Source: a virus
Taxonomy: Duplodnaviria; Caudoviricetes
Length of the DNA stretch: 55,595 nt
Virus record (IMG/VR): IMGVR_UViG_3300032246_001883
Coordinates: 1-55,595 of that record
Strand: one strand, 5' to 3'
The first letter of the stretch is position 1; each line of letters starts with the position of its first letter. This document shows positions 10,417-20,426 of the stretch, one piece after another. The translations under genes were made by a program, and so were the position numbers. The notes beneath the pieces are model-generated. The model saw only the letters and a list, made by a program, of their open reading frames with translations, had not been told where the DNA came from and did not search any database.

Positions 10417-10635
10417 TTATTTTTTATCCATTAGTTTTAATAACATTTGTTTGATTTCTGATACATCGGATTTTATATCATTTATTTCAGACTTAACTTT
10501 ATTTATTTCATTTTTTTGATTGTTTAATAATTTTACTTTAGAAATATATTCATTTCTTTCCGCTTCATTTGTATTTGTAAGAGCCATACTTTCTGTGTCT
10601 CTTACAAAATTTGTTCCACTTACTTTTACAAACAT
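10417..10635 (-). CDS. Small coiled-coil hypothetical protein
   Basis: 72 aa, tightly packed between neighbours; C-terminal heptad pattern. Confidence 0.6.
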   Translation of the reverse strand: MFVKVSGTNFVRDTESMALTNTNEAERNEYISKVKLLNNQKNEINKVKSEINDIKSDVSEIKQMLLKLMDKK

Positions 10636-10636
10636 A

Positions 10637-12817
10637 TTACAATCCTGTTCCTGATGGTAGTGCTAAGGCACGAATATCAGTTATTATAGGAACAATTGTA
10701 CTATCAGAAGATGACATTACAACCTTGATTGCAAATTGACTAAACGAACTATATTTTTGTCCATTGGTACTAGTATAAGAAATAAAATTATCAGCTTTAT
10801 TTAATGTACCTGGAGCCCATTCAAATTCAATTAAATTTGTTTTTGATTGTGAATATACATTTCCATTCGAAACTTGTGTCATTAATTGCCAAGACATATC
10901 TTCAAAATTATTAGTATCATTACGATTTAATATTTTATAATATACATCTATTCTTGTTCCGAGTGGTTTGTATGCAGTATAGTATACTCTTAAATCTGCA
11001 GAATCATTTTCTGGTGTCAATACTACTTTTTTGGTAAAATATTTTGCAAATGAATTTCCACCTTTTGGTGATGTTTCACCATAAACTACAGCTGTAGCTT
11101 GTGTTGTATTAGCACCAGAAATAGTAATTTTTGGTGATGTAATATATCCTGAACCTGGATATGTTACATAAACAGAAGAAACAACATTAGATGTTCCATT
11201 GTTTGCAATAGTTAATCCAAGTATGGCATTATCAGATCCAACATCTGGTGAAGAAATTGATATACTTGTATTTGTTGGATCATTATAACCAGCACCAATA
11301 TTTGTTAAAGAAACAACATTGTTTTGTATTCCCATATTATTAACAACATTACGAATACTATACATTGTTATACCATCATCTGAAATCATTGGACTTACAT
11401 ATTTATTAGTTGAACTTAGAGAAGCAAACATTGATACTGAATTGTTTATATTTTTTAATAATGCCCTTTGTCCTAGTCCATCACCGAATTCAATATTATC
11501 CGGTGTTGGAGAACCAAATTTACCAGGAAATACTTGGTATGGACCAACCGGAACATTTCCAGCGGCTAGTATGTTTGAATAAGTATAATCAATTTTAGTT
11601 TCGGTCGGTGTAAAATCTGTTGTTGTTAAATTAATCGCATCAGACCAAGTATCACTAATAGTGAAATTACCATATAAATTTGGCATATTGTTTGCGTTCA
11701 ATGAGTATTGAATATCATTTACACCAATTTTTCTGTATGGTAATCCTTTTGGCAAAGAAAATTCAATAGAAGGAGTTTTTGTTATATCAAATATACAGTT
11801 GTCAATCACAAACATTAGATTTTTTGTTTGATCTGCTGTCCAAGTAATTGAATTTTGTGATTCGAATAACGCACCAACATATGGTGAAGCACCAATTTTT
11901 GTTGTGTTTGTTGGATTTGCATCGGTTTTATTAGCTTTTGCCGTTGATGGAACAGCTATCGAATTTTGTTGTGCGTAATAAACTTGATAATCTGGTGTAC
12001 TTGTTTCTAACATAAAAGCATAAAGTACACCAGGTTGAATATAAACGGGTGCATCAAATACAAATTCTGTATAAGTTGAAGAATCTAGATAATGTGGTGC
12101 ACTCGAAGTTATAACTTGACTAGAAGACAAAATGACAGTTGAATTATCCAATTTCACTCCATTTGGATAACCATTTAATGTATTGACAATCGATAATTTA
12201 ACAGGAACTTCTGTTGTTGGTTTGGAATAGAAAAAGACTTTAATTGATTTTAAAAACATTCCATTTGGATAATTATCTTTTTCTATAATAAATGTTTGTG
12301 CAATTGGATCCCTTCTGGTTGTTACTGAGATCGTACTTGATGAAATTAATTGATTTTGTTTTTGATTAACTTGTATAAATGAAGTTGCACTAGAATCAAT
12401 TGATGCTCCAAAATCTAATCTTTGTGAAGTAGTAGATAATCCAGAAGCAGTAAATGTAGCTTGTGCATAAGTTGTGGCTGATGTTGGATCGGTTTCAACA
12501 CTTCTATTATCTACACGAAATACTCTTTGTCCTGTTTGAAAAATACCTGGAGGAACATTAAAAATACCAACAAAATTCCCGCCTTCATCTGTGGATAATC
12601 TTGGTAATGCACTACCACTTTTTATAGAAGCTTGTGTGCCAATAAAGCTATATTGTGAAGTGATAGAACCAACAGCTTCGTTATGCCCCAACGAAATGTC
12701 TACACCGGTGTTGAGTGTAACAATTTTGTTTACTGCATCATAAGCCGTTACAGTTGCTGTATAATTATATAATGATTCAATGAATTCTGACGGTTGTATC
12801 GTATATGTATATGACAT
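10637..12817 (-). CDS. C-terminal part of the VrlC/DUF4815-like large virion protein
   Basis: 726 aa. DPIAQTF, FYSKP, GALFESQNSITWTADQ, AKYFTKKVVL and P.I.DIRALAL motifs usually lie in the C-terminal part of this family's single large protein. Confidence 0.75.
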   Translation of the reverse strand: MSYTYTIQPSEFIESLYNYTATVTAYDAVNKIVTLNTGVDISLGHNEAVGSITSQYSFIGTQASIKSGSALPRLSTDEGGNFVGIFNVPPGIFQTGQRVFRVDNRSVETDPTSATTYAQATFTASGLSTTSQRLDFGASIDSSATSFIQVNQKQNQLISSSTISVTTRRDPIAQTFIIEKDNYPNGMFLKSIKVFFYSKPTTEVPVKLSIVNTLNGYPNGVKLDNSTVILSSSQVITSSAPHYLDSSTYTEFVFDAPVYIQPGVLYAFMLETSTPDYQVYYAQQNSIAVPSTAKANKTDANPTNTTKIGASPYVGALFESQNSITWTADQTKNLMFVIDNCIFDITKTPSIEFSLPKGLPYRKIGVNDIQYSLNANNMPNLYGNFTISDTWSDAINLTTTDFTPTETKIDYTYSNILAAGNVPVGPYQVFPGKFGSPTPDNIEFGDGLGQRALLKNINNSVSMFASLSSTNKYVSPMISDDGITMYSIRNVVNNMGIQNNVVSLTNIGAGYNDPTNTSISISSPDVGSDNAILGLTIANNGTSNVVSSVYVTYPGSGYITSPKITISGANTTQATAVVYGETSPKGGNSFAKYFTKKVVLTPENDSADLRVYYTAYKPLGTRIDVYYKILNRNDTNNFEDMSWQLMTQVSNGNVYSQSKTNLIEFEWAPGTLNKADNFISYTSTNGQKYSSFSQFAIKVVMSSSDSTIVPIITDIRALALPSGTGL

Positions 12818-12836
12818 TTATTTTCCAATTAATTTA

Positions 12837-15800
12837 TTATTTGTTATTGATAACACAAGCAATTTTTCCGACCACTTTAAATAAACCCACCATAGTTTTT
12901 TGCAATATTGGATTCTTATCGTCTTTAAATGATTTAGCCATCAGCAAGTTAACCAATTTTATATTCGATTTACCAAATAGATTATTTATTAGATAAGCAC
13001 CATAAGTTGTATTTTTACCAGATTTAATAAATTTATCAAATAACTCTGGTATACGATCAGACATTATATAATCTTTTTCTACACACAATCTTAAAAGACC
13101 ACCGTCACCAACAATAGATGTTGTTCCATATCCATTAACTATATATGTTCCATCACCATCGGTCCATAAATTATAAACTAATTTACCTTGTGATGAAATA
13201 ACTTTTATTGGTTCAATTTTTTCCATTTTTCCTAACCAAGGATACCATTCATGAATCATCTCAGGATCAACAGCAGATAATTTATTATCAACATATAACG
13301 GATGATTAATTGTTGCAAATGGTTCAAAATCTTTTGATGGTGTATACAATGAAACAAATTGTTCATCTGAAGTTTTTTCAATAAAAGTAACTATATTTAA
13401 TTTGGTTTTGTTTTTGTTCCACACTTTATCACCAATCTTAATGTCCACAATTTTTTTCTTACCATTTAAAGTGTCAACAATAGTTTCTGAAGTAAAACAG
13501 CTCCTTTTACCGCCTCCTCCACCGCTTGGTGCTGGTGGTGGAGGAACATATGTGGCTGTCTGTGTTATATATTCTTGTATAAATTTGCTGGTGATATTGA
13601 TTTTAGCACCAACATAATAGTTAGCAACAGATGATGCATTTTGATCCAGTTTTAATTTAGTTACGCCAGTAAACCATGCACCACCTTTGGGTAAAATAAT
13701 TTCTTGTGTTATAGAATCATAATTTAAGTTTGGAGGACTTGATGATTGAAATACAATAGTTCCGCTTGGATCTTTAATAACTAAAGCGAAACCACCGCCG
13801 CTTGCTGGTGATCCTGTTACACTCCACGCTAAAGTACCATTATTTAAATTAGTTACATTAAAAGTAGTTGAAGTTACGGTTGTTGGACTTGATGATGTTG
13901 CAATTGTAGTTCCATTGGCTGTTACAGTGGCTGTACCAGTAGAAGAACACTGAACGGTATAAGTTCCTATAGATGGTGGTGAATATATAAAACTTGCCGA
14001 ATAAGTTGCCGTACGATTTAGGTTACCCCAAACACCATATTGATTTAAGAATGAACCCCAATCGTGGCTATTATTTACTTTGTAAATTTGTAGATTAGCA
14101 ACATTATTCGCAGTATAACTTCCTCCAACACCAGAGACAACACCTGAAGTTGCAATGGGTACTGCTGTCAAACTTATTGTACCGGAAGCCGTTGAACCTG
14201 TATAAACACCACTCGAATCAAAAGTAGCATTTTGGAATGTAGTTACTGGTACATAGTTTGATGTACCAAGTAAATTTGCAATATATAATCTAACTGATGT
14301 ACTGTTTGGATATTTGTATAATGTAACGACACGAGCTGTTGGATAAAATTTATTATTAAAATAATAACCAATTACATCATCTTCTTTAAATGTGCCAGAA
14401 ACGTTTGTTAATTCAATTGTATTTGGTGATGTTATGTATTGATCAACTCTTACACCATCAAAAAATGCCAAAATGGGACAATTTGTTAATAATCCTTTTG
14501 TTTTAAAAATAATCTGTTGTGGTCTAATATATGGTAATACAGCAATATTTGTTAAATAACCATTATTAATCCCAATTGTAGAGGATATTTGTGAATAACC
14601 AGTAGCTGTAACATTTTGTAATTGACTACCATAAGTTTGTGTGGTTGTAGATACTGTTGTTTCGTTTCCATTAGTTGTTGTAGCACTACTTGTTTTTGTC
14701 TTAGTTGTTCCTGGAATTGTTTGGAAATCACCAGCATTTAAAAGATTTACGCCTCCGTTTTGTTGATATATTTTTAGTGATGGATCTGTAATAAGAATGT
14801 CTGGAGATTCTGTATTGTCAACCCAATTATCCATTGGTGGATTAAGTCTTGCAATACCTTCATATATTGTAACGGCAAATGGATTCAAACTTACTGTGCT
14901 TGATGCAAGTTGTTGAACAACCGCATTTGCTGTTGTATATGGCAGAGTAAAAATATTTGTATTTGTACCAGCAATACTTGCAACTGCATATGTATTGGTT
15001 TGTTTTAATGTACCAAGAGAATTTAATACCGTTGGATTTTGTAATTGATAATTATCAACTATTGTTAGAGGTGTTAATTCTTTTTTTCTTACATTAATTT
15101 TGGCGGAAAAATCAGAATTATACGTATCAGCGGTAGAGTAAGATGAAAAATCATCAACAAGAATACCATTTTTGAAACGATTTAAACCATTTACATCGGG
15201 TACTTGCAAAGCTTGTGCATTCGCTTCTAACAAACTTAATGCAGAATAATATTCAAGATTATTAAGTCTTGTTTGCAAATCAGTAATATCTTGTTTGATC
15301 CAATTTTTATGTAATATTTTTTCAACTGATAGATTTGTAGCAACACCTTTAGTAGTCTCACTTGGAAGGTATGCAGTATATGGATCGTGAATTAAATTGG
15401 CAATCACCAAAGAACCATCGGGTTCGTCAGGATATGTTGGTTTTGTTGAAGGTGTGCCTTTTACAATTTTAAAAGAACGATCTTTTGTTAAAACTAACTT
15501 ATCTTTTCTACCAAGATAATAACTATAATCACTAACATATTGACTTAAATTTTTTGGTATCATAATACCAGTGTCATCACCGACTGCGCCTGGTGTTCCG
15601 GTGTATTCAAATACAAAACCTGTTTGTGCATTTTTTCTAGATGGTCTAAAATCGATACAATCCGTTAAATTATAAGAAACACCTCTTCTACTTGTATACG
15701 ACTGTATTTCTTTATAATTTTCTGGTGAAGATGAATTTGGAGACAAATATGAATTTATATCAAAATAACCATCTCCACCTAGGTGTGAATAGTAATCGTA

Positions 15801-18254
15801 AATAATTAACAAATTACCTTTTGGAACATTTGCACCAGATACTAATTTAACTGCCGCATGATCATAATAAGTGTCTCTTTGTCCATTGTCCAATGTAAAT
15901 AAACTTGTTACATCATATGATGAATTTAATAACATTGCTGTTGTTGGAACAGTATTTGCACTTTTTGTGTCAATTATTTTAACAATTCTTTTAACATCAG
16001 TCACATATAAATTAATTGACTTACTTACGCTTGCATTTTTAACATATGTTTGTCCATTATTCAAATCGACATAAAAATTAGTATTTACATTTGTTCCTGT
16101 ATAATTAACGCCAGTTGTATTACCTTTAACTAAATTTTTTATTTTCAAGACATTAGTTGTATTATCCGCATTTGAAACAGAAATATTTGTAATAATATCA
16201 ACTGTTGGATTTGCTAATGAAGTTGAAGTAAATGTTACAGTCTTTTTATTTGCACTAAGACTTACTGTATTACCAGAACTAACAAAATCTAAAATGCGTC
16301 CATTGGATCTATCAATAACAATATAGTTTTGTTTTATAACATCCGATGACTGATTATTGGCAGTACCTAAAAAAGTATATGGTGTTGAGGTTGGAATTGA
16401 AATTGATAATTGAGCGCTGCCACTAACATTAGTAAAAGATTTTGCACGAAATACTTTTGTTGAAACATAATTACTATTAGAAATATTAGCCACATAATTA
16501 TATCCAATTGGATAAATTAATTCTGGTGCATTTGGATTCTGTAATAATGTATCGCCCGTGATTATACCATTTTGTTTACCAGAAAGATCAATATTTGTTG
16601 TTGCAGTAACCACATTACTAGAATTTTTATAAGCAATAGATTCAATAGTAGTAACTGGTAATACTAATGTAAAGGTACTTGAACTTGTTGGTGTAATAGT
16701 GAAATTAGAACTAACTGTTGCAACTCTTGTTGCTCCGTTATAAGAAGAAATTTTTCTTGTATCTATTGTACCATTAGTGTTAACAATAATGGTAGCTCCA
16801 TAATACGCATTATCACTAGTTGAATATATTGCATTGACTGGAAATGTAATTGTTGTTGTAGTACCAGAAACAGCAGTATTAGATAGTGTATTTGTATTGA
16901 TATCTGAAACATAAGCTTTATAGATATATGTTAAAGTATTACTAGATGAATTACTCACATATTCTAAATTTCTAATAAATCCTGTTCCAACTAATGTTGA
17001 ATTATATGTTGTTGTATTAGTGGAATTAATATTAGAACTAAGAACACAATGTAAATCAATTGATGGCATTGTGGTAACATCAAATGTTCCGTTTGAACTA
17101 CTTACAAGGAAATAACTGCCATAATCAATGAATACGGAATTGTTTAATATTGAATCAGTTGTTCTTGCTCTATCATTTGTCAACATTAAGTCTGACTGGT
17201 TTTCAATTCTATATCCGTGAACATAAGCCAAACCTTTACCAATTTTCAAATCATATGTTGAAGAATTGGTTGTGTTGGTAGATGGCGTAAGTTTAAATTC
17301 GTTGACAACATAATCGCCATTGCTTTCATAGTCACGTTTTGCTATATAATCATCAAGCACTGAATATACTGTGTTATCAACCTGTTTAATAATATTACCT
17401 GAATTAACACGAACCAATTCAATAAATTGATCGTCATTACCAACCTCTATTGGTAATCTTGTTAGTGTCAATAATACTTGATATCTGTCGGCGCCTGGCG
17501 CCTGAAAATTTGATGCACCAACAGCAGTATCTAATAAAGAACCATCATTAATATAATCAACTATTGTTTCTGTGATTTGAAGACCAATACGATAAGATGG
17601 TGTGTTGCTGTACTTATCTAAAATTGTAGTTTGTGGTTGAACGGAAACAAAGTTTCCTATTGAATATTTGGTATAAGTTCCATCGTCATTTTGTGTTGGA
17701 GATGTATAAAATCCATTTTTAACATAAAAAACACCTTCTGAAATTGAAGCCAAAGAAGAATATCCTGTACAAGTTGTACCACCTGTTGCACCAATTGTTG
17801 TGGCTGTAGCAGAATTATCTGATGTAGAAACAGTCATGTTATCAGTAAACCTAACACCTGAATAATAATTAACAATTAGTGTTGGTGGATCACCAGCGGC
17901 ATTATCCGTACCAGTTGCTTCTGCAATTGCAATAACTTTTGCAACAATTGTACCAGTTGGATCTGTAATAATTTTGTTCTTAAAAGCAGATGCTACAATA
18001 TTATTATTGTCTTGTTGAGCATTTAACTTAATATAGTAACAAGTAAGATTTGTTGTAACTTTACCTCCAGTTACAGGAGTATTTTGAGAAAAAATATTAT
18101 CAGCAAATTTACTAATCTGACTTTGTAATATAGATTGAGATTGTGTTAATTCCCTAGCTTGTACTGCAAATCCAGGTTTAAATAGAATTCTGTGAAAATT
18201 CTTTGACGGATCAAAATCATCATAATAGGGATCAACGTTAAAATTAAGAGCCAT
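12837..18254 (-). CDS. VrlC/DUF4815-like large virion protein, N-terminal part, ending in a Hint domain
   Basis: 1805 aa. NVDPYYDDFD...RILFKPGFAVQARELTQ.Q start, APGADRY, RFKNGILVDDFS motifs; C-terminal Hint domain. Confidence 0.85.
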   Translation of the reverse strand: MALNFNVDPYYDDFDPSKNFHRILFKPGFAVQARELTQSQSILQSQISKFADNIFSQNTPVTGGKVTTNLTCYYIKLNAQQDNNNIVASAFKNKIITDPTGTIVAKVIAIAEATGTDNAAGDPPTLIVNYYSGVRFTDNMTVSTSDNSATATTIGATGGTTCTGYSSLASISEGVFYVKNGFYTSPTQNDDGTYTKYSIGNFVSVQPQTTILDKYSNTPSYRIGLQITETIVDYINDGSLLDTAVGASNFQAPGADRYQVLLTLTRLPIEVGNDDQFIELVRVNSGNIIKQVDNTVYSVLDDYIAKRDYESNGDYVVNEFKLTPSTNTTNSSTYDLKIGKGLAYVHGYRIENQSDLMLTNDRARTTDSILNNSVFIDYGSYFLVSSSNGTFDVTTMPSIDLHCVLSSNINSTNTTTYNSTLVGTGFIRNLEYVSNSSSNTLTYIYKAYVSDINTNTLSNTAVSGTTTTITFPVNAIYSTSDNAYYGATIIVNTNGTIDTRKISSYNGATRVATVSSNFTITPTSSSTFTLVLPVTTIESIAYKNSSNVVTATTNIDLSGKQNGIITGDTLLQNPNAPELIYPIGYNYVANISNSNYVSTKVFRAKSFTNVSGSAQLSISIPTSTPYTFLGTANNQSSDVIKQNYIVIDRSNGRILDFVSSGNTVSLSANKKTVTFTSTSLANPTVDIITNISVSNADNTTNVLKIKNLVKGNTTGVNYTGTNVNTNFYVDLNNGQTYVKNASVSKSINLYVTDVKRIVKIIDTKSANTVPTTAMLLNSSYDVTSLFTLDNGQRDTYYDHAAVKLVSGANVPKGNLLIIYDYYSHLGGDGYFDINSYLSPNSSSPENYKEIQSYTSRRGVSYNLTDCIDFRPSRKNAQTGFVFEYTGTPGAVGDDTGIMIPKNLSQYVSDYSYYLGRKDKLVLTKDRSFKIVKGTPSTKPTYPDEPDGSLVIANLIHDPYTAYLPSETTKGVATNLSVEKILHKNWIKQDITDLQTRLNNLEYYSALSLLEANAQALQVPDVNGLNRFKNGILVDDFSSYSTADTYNSDFSAKINVRKKELTPLTIVDNYQLQNPTVLNSLGTLKQTNTYAVASIAGTNTNIFTLPYTTANAVVQQLASSTVSLNPFAVTIYEGIARLNPPMDNWVDNTESPDILITDPSLKIYQQNGGVNLLNAGDFQTIPGTTKTKTSSATTTNGNETTVSTTTQTYGSQLQNVTATGYSQISSTIGINNGYLTNIAVLPYIRPQQIIFKTKGLLTNCPILAFFDGVRVDQYITSPNTIELTNVSGTFKEDDVIGYYFNNKFYPTARVVTLYKYPNSTSVRLYIANLLGTSNYVPVTTFQNATFDSSGVYTGSTASGTISLTAVPIATSGVVSGVGGSYTANNVANLQIYKVNNSHDWGSFLNQYGVWGNLNRTATYSASFIYSPPSIGTYTVQCSSTGTATVTANGTTIATSSSPTTVTSTTFNVTNLNNGTLAWSVTGSPASGGGFALVIKDPSGTIVFQSSSPPNLNYDSITQEIILPKGGAWFTGVTKLKLDQNASSVANYYVGAKINITSKFIQEYITQTATYVPPPPAPSGGGGGKRSCFTSETIVDTLNGKKKIVDIKIGDKVWNKNKTKLNIVTFIEKTSDEQFVSLYTPSKDFEPFATINHPLYVDNKLSAVDPEMIHEWYPWLGKMEKIEPIKVISSQGKLVYNLWTDGDGTYIVNGYGTTSIVGDGGLLRLCVEKDYIMSDRIPELFDKFIKSGKNTTYGAYLINNLFGKSNIKLVNLLMAKSFKDDKNPILQKTMVGLFKVVGKIACVINNK
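13116..13499 (-). other. Hint (Hedgehog/intein-like) autoprocessing domain, non-canonical C-terminus
   Basis: Block A CFTSETIV at aa 1586, I.DIKIGDKV, block B TINHP, block F VYNL.TDGD.TYIVNG; ends GTTS rather than HN. Confidence 0.85.
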
Positions 18255-18279
18255 TTTTATCCTTTTAAATCCAATAATA

Positions 18280-18286
18280 TATTTAT
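18280..18286 (-). promoter_or_regulatory. Late promoter-like ATAAATA
   Basis: Lies 26 nt upstream of the 18254 start. Confidence 0.6.
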
Positions 18287-18315
18287 GTTACAAACCGTAA
18301 TAATATCTAAATTTT

Positions 18316-19050
18316 TCATAGTTCTTTAATTTTTATTCTTACGGGGTGGTTGATATCTCTTGGAACACTCTTTAAAGTAAACAATGTTCCTGTTAAATTT
18401 ATGTCTTCAATATTCATTTTTATTACAGTAACATTACGACCAATGCGTTTTGCGTATTTCATTGCAATTGTTGGTATAATAACTTCTTCAACAGGAGTAT
18501 AATTAAAGAAATTATTTACTTCTTCAATACTGATTGGGAATTTATTACAATCTTCTACAATATATTCAAAAATTTCTTTACTAAAAAATCCAAGTTCAAC
18601 GCCTTGATAGTATATTGTTTCTTCTTTTGTAAATAACCCCATATCAAATATTGGAAAGTATCTTTCTGGCAACTGATCTGTACGTGTGTCAAATGATGTA
18701 TCAAAGTTTTTTATATAGTCATAAAATCCATGACGAACAAACAATTCAGAGGTATGAAATATTTTTACATATTCAAAATCTTCACTAAATTGTTTTTTGG
18801 CATATTGATATGTTCGCAAAATAGGTAACAATTGACTTTCCCATTTAGAATCAAATGTCTTGGCTTGATTTCTAATAAAAATTACATTTTGTAAATTTGA
18901 AAATCTTTGTTCATCAAAAGTAGTAAATTTTTCACTTATATGAATTGCAATTAATGGTTCAATATCAACATTGAACTTTTTGATATTATTAATTGTATCT
19001 TCAACGCAATCGTTGTTTTCGTGTGCAGTAATGATGAATAGTAATTTCAT
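18316..19050 (-). CDS. Putative glycosyltransferase (GT-A, core-2/I-branching-like)
   Basis: 244 aa. N-terminal LFIITAHE...IAIHIS resembles GT14/Branch starts; late 'VEEVIIPT' resembles the family's (D/E)E...(Q/P)T motif. Confidence 0.45.
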   Translation of the reverse strand: MKLLFIITAHENNDCVEDTINNIKKFNVDIEPLIAIHISEKFTTFDEQRFSNLQNVIFIRNQAKTFDSKWESQLLPILRTYQYAKKQFSEDFEYVKIFHTSELFVRHGFYDYIKNFDTSFDTRTDQLPERYFPIFDMGLFTKEETIYYQGVELGFFSKEIFEYIVEDCNKFPISIEEVNNFFNYTPVEEVIIPTIAMKYAKRIGRNVTVIKMNIEDINLTGTLFTLKSVPRDINHPVRIKIKEL

Positions 19051-19059
19051 TTTATTTTT

Positions 19060-20409
19060 TTAAAATCCAACAACATATTTAAATTGCTCAACACCGTCAG
19101 AACTTCTTTGTATAGGTGATCTATTAACTATAGCAATAACATATCCAGAAAGTGTTTGAAAACTCGGTGAAGTATAAGATAAGAAAGTTCTTTGTGATGT
19201 TGAAGAATATCCGTAAATTGTTTGGTTTGTTATCGGTGTACCTTTTATATTTAGTACCTTAATTGTATTGGTTGATGTATTGAAACTTAAAACTCTGCCA
19301 GAAAAATATGCAGAATCTAAAGTTGGTGTAGCACCCGTACCTTGAAAAACTATCTCGTCTGGTATGTAAATTCCTCTACCTGGGGAAACAACAATATCTG
19401 TCGTTGTGCTATAGATCGATCCATTTGCATAATTTGGAGCATCAGCCAGTGTTGTTGGTGAAAATACTAATCCAAGTTGGTGATAGTCAATATCTGTTGG
19501 TATCACGCCGCCTTCGTTTCCATTAAATTCAGAAGTAAACATAACGTGTGAACATCCTAATTCTGATACTGGATCAAATCCATGGCCACCTATTGGAGAA
19601 GTTGGTGAAATTGCAATAGCCAGATTAGTTGTATTTGCAGATGTTATAGTAACATTTGCGTAAGTATAATTTTTTCCAGGATTTGTTATTGTTACATCAG
19701 TTATTTTACCATCTGTAACTTTTGCTGAAGCAACTAATCCAGTTCCGTCTCCATCAACCTTTACTACAATTGGAGCGGAATAATTTGAGCCACCGCTTAT
19801 TATATTTATAGCATCAATACTTCCTTTTCCGTAAACAGAAGTTACAGGATTTGGCACATTTGTTCCAATTGGTACCGGCATCCAGTCTGTATCCATAAAT
19901 TTTACTTTGTTTCCAATGTCAATTGTGTACATATATTTCCATTTGTAACCATCAGAACCAGTATAAATATTATATGTATTGTATGATCCAGGTTCAAAGA
20001 AAGGTTCCACTGTACTTGGTTGACCGTTATTGTTCCAAAGACATTTGAAAACTTGGTCGTACTGGTTTTTTATATAAAAATTATAAGTATTACTTCCGTT
20101 ATCATTTTGTATAAACAAATTATAATTATCGTTGTAGTAATCATAAGTTGTTCCTGAAGTCCAATCAACTCTTTGCAAAACTGGACTTATATCATTTGCG
20201 TTTAATTTTTTAACAACAAATACATTATTAAGTAAATATTTAATACTTGCAGTATCTTCAGTGGGCATTGGAGGATAATCTTCAGATGGCCAAGGTTCTG
20301 CTCTAGCTAAAAAACAATAAACTGTTCCTAAAATTAAAGGAGAATAAAACATACTTAATGCTAAGTTTGTTTTAAAATTATGTGTGATTATATTTGGATT
20401 TAAATTCAT
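19060..20409 (-). CDS. gp8: Baseplate wedge subunit gp8
   Basis: R.DW.SGT.YD.Y, VFKCL.N, DGYKWKYMY, P.GGHG.DP..ELG, NRSPI.RS.D..E motifs; synteny. Confidence 0.9.
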   Translation of the reverse strand: MNLNPNIITHNFKTNLALSMFYSPLILGTVYCFLARAEPWPSEDYPPMPTEDTASIKYLLNNVFVVKKLNANDISPVLQRVDWTSGTTYDYYNDNYNLFIQNDNGSNTYNFYIKNQYDQVFKCLWNNNGQPSTVEPFFEPGSYNTYNIYTGSDGYKWKYMYTIDIGNKVKFMDTDWMPVPIGTNVPNPVTSVYGKGSIDAINIISGGSNYSAPIVVKVDGDGTGLVASAKVTDGKITDVTITNPGKNYTYANVTITSANTTNLAIAISPTSPIGGHGFDPVSELGCSHVMFTSEFNGNEGGVIPTDIDYHQLGLVFSPTTLADAPNYANGSIYSTTTDIVVSPGRGIYIPDEIVFQGTGATPTLDSAYFSGRVLSFNTSTNTIKVLNIKGTPITNQTIYGYSSTSQRTFLSYTSPSFQTLSGYVIAIVNRSPIQRSSDGVEQFKYVVGF

Positions 20410-20416
20410 AGTGTTT

Positions 20417-20423
20417 TATTTAT
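20417..20423 (-). promoter_or_regulatory. Late promoter-like ATAAATA
   Basis: Lies in the intergenic gap just upstream of gp8. Confidence 0.55.
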
Positions 20424-20426
20424 TCG

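Noticed and set aside
13116-13499. Canonical cis-splicing intein
   Set aside because: No terminal His-Asn, no endonuclease, and the host protein does not resume after the domain within the same ORF.
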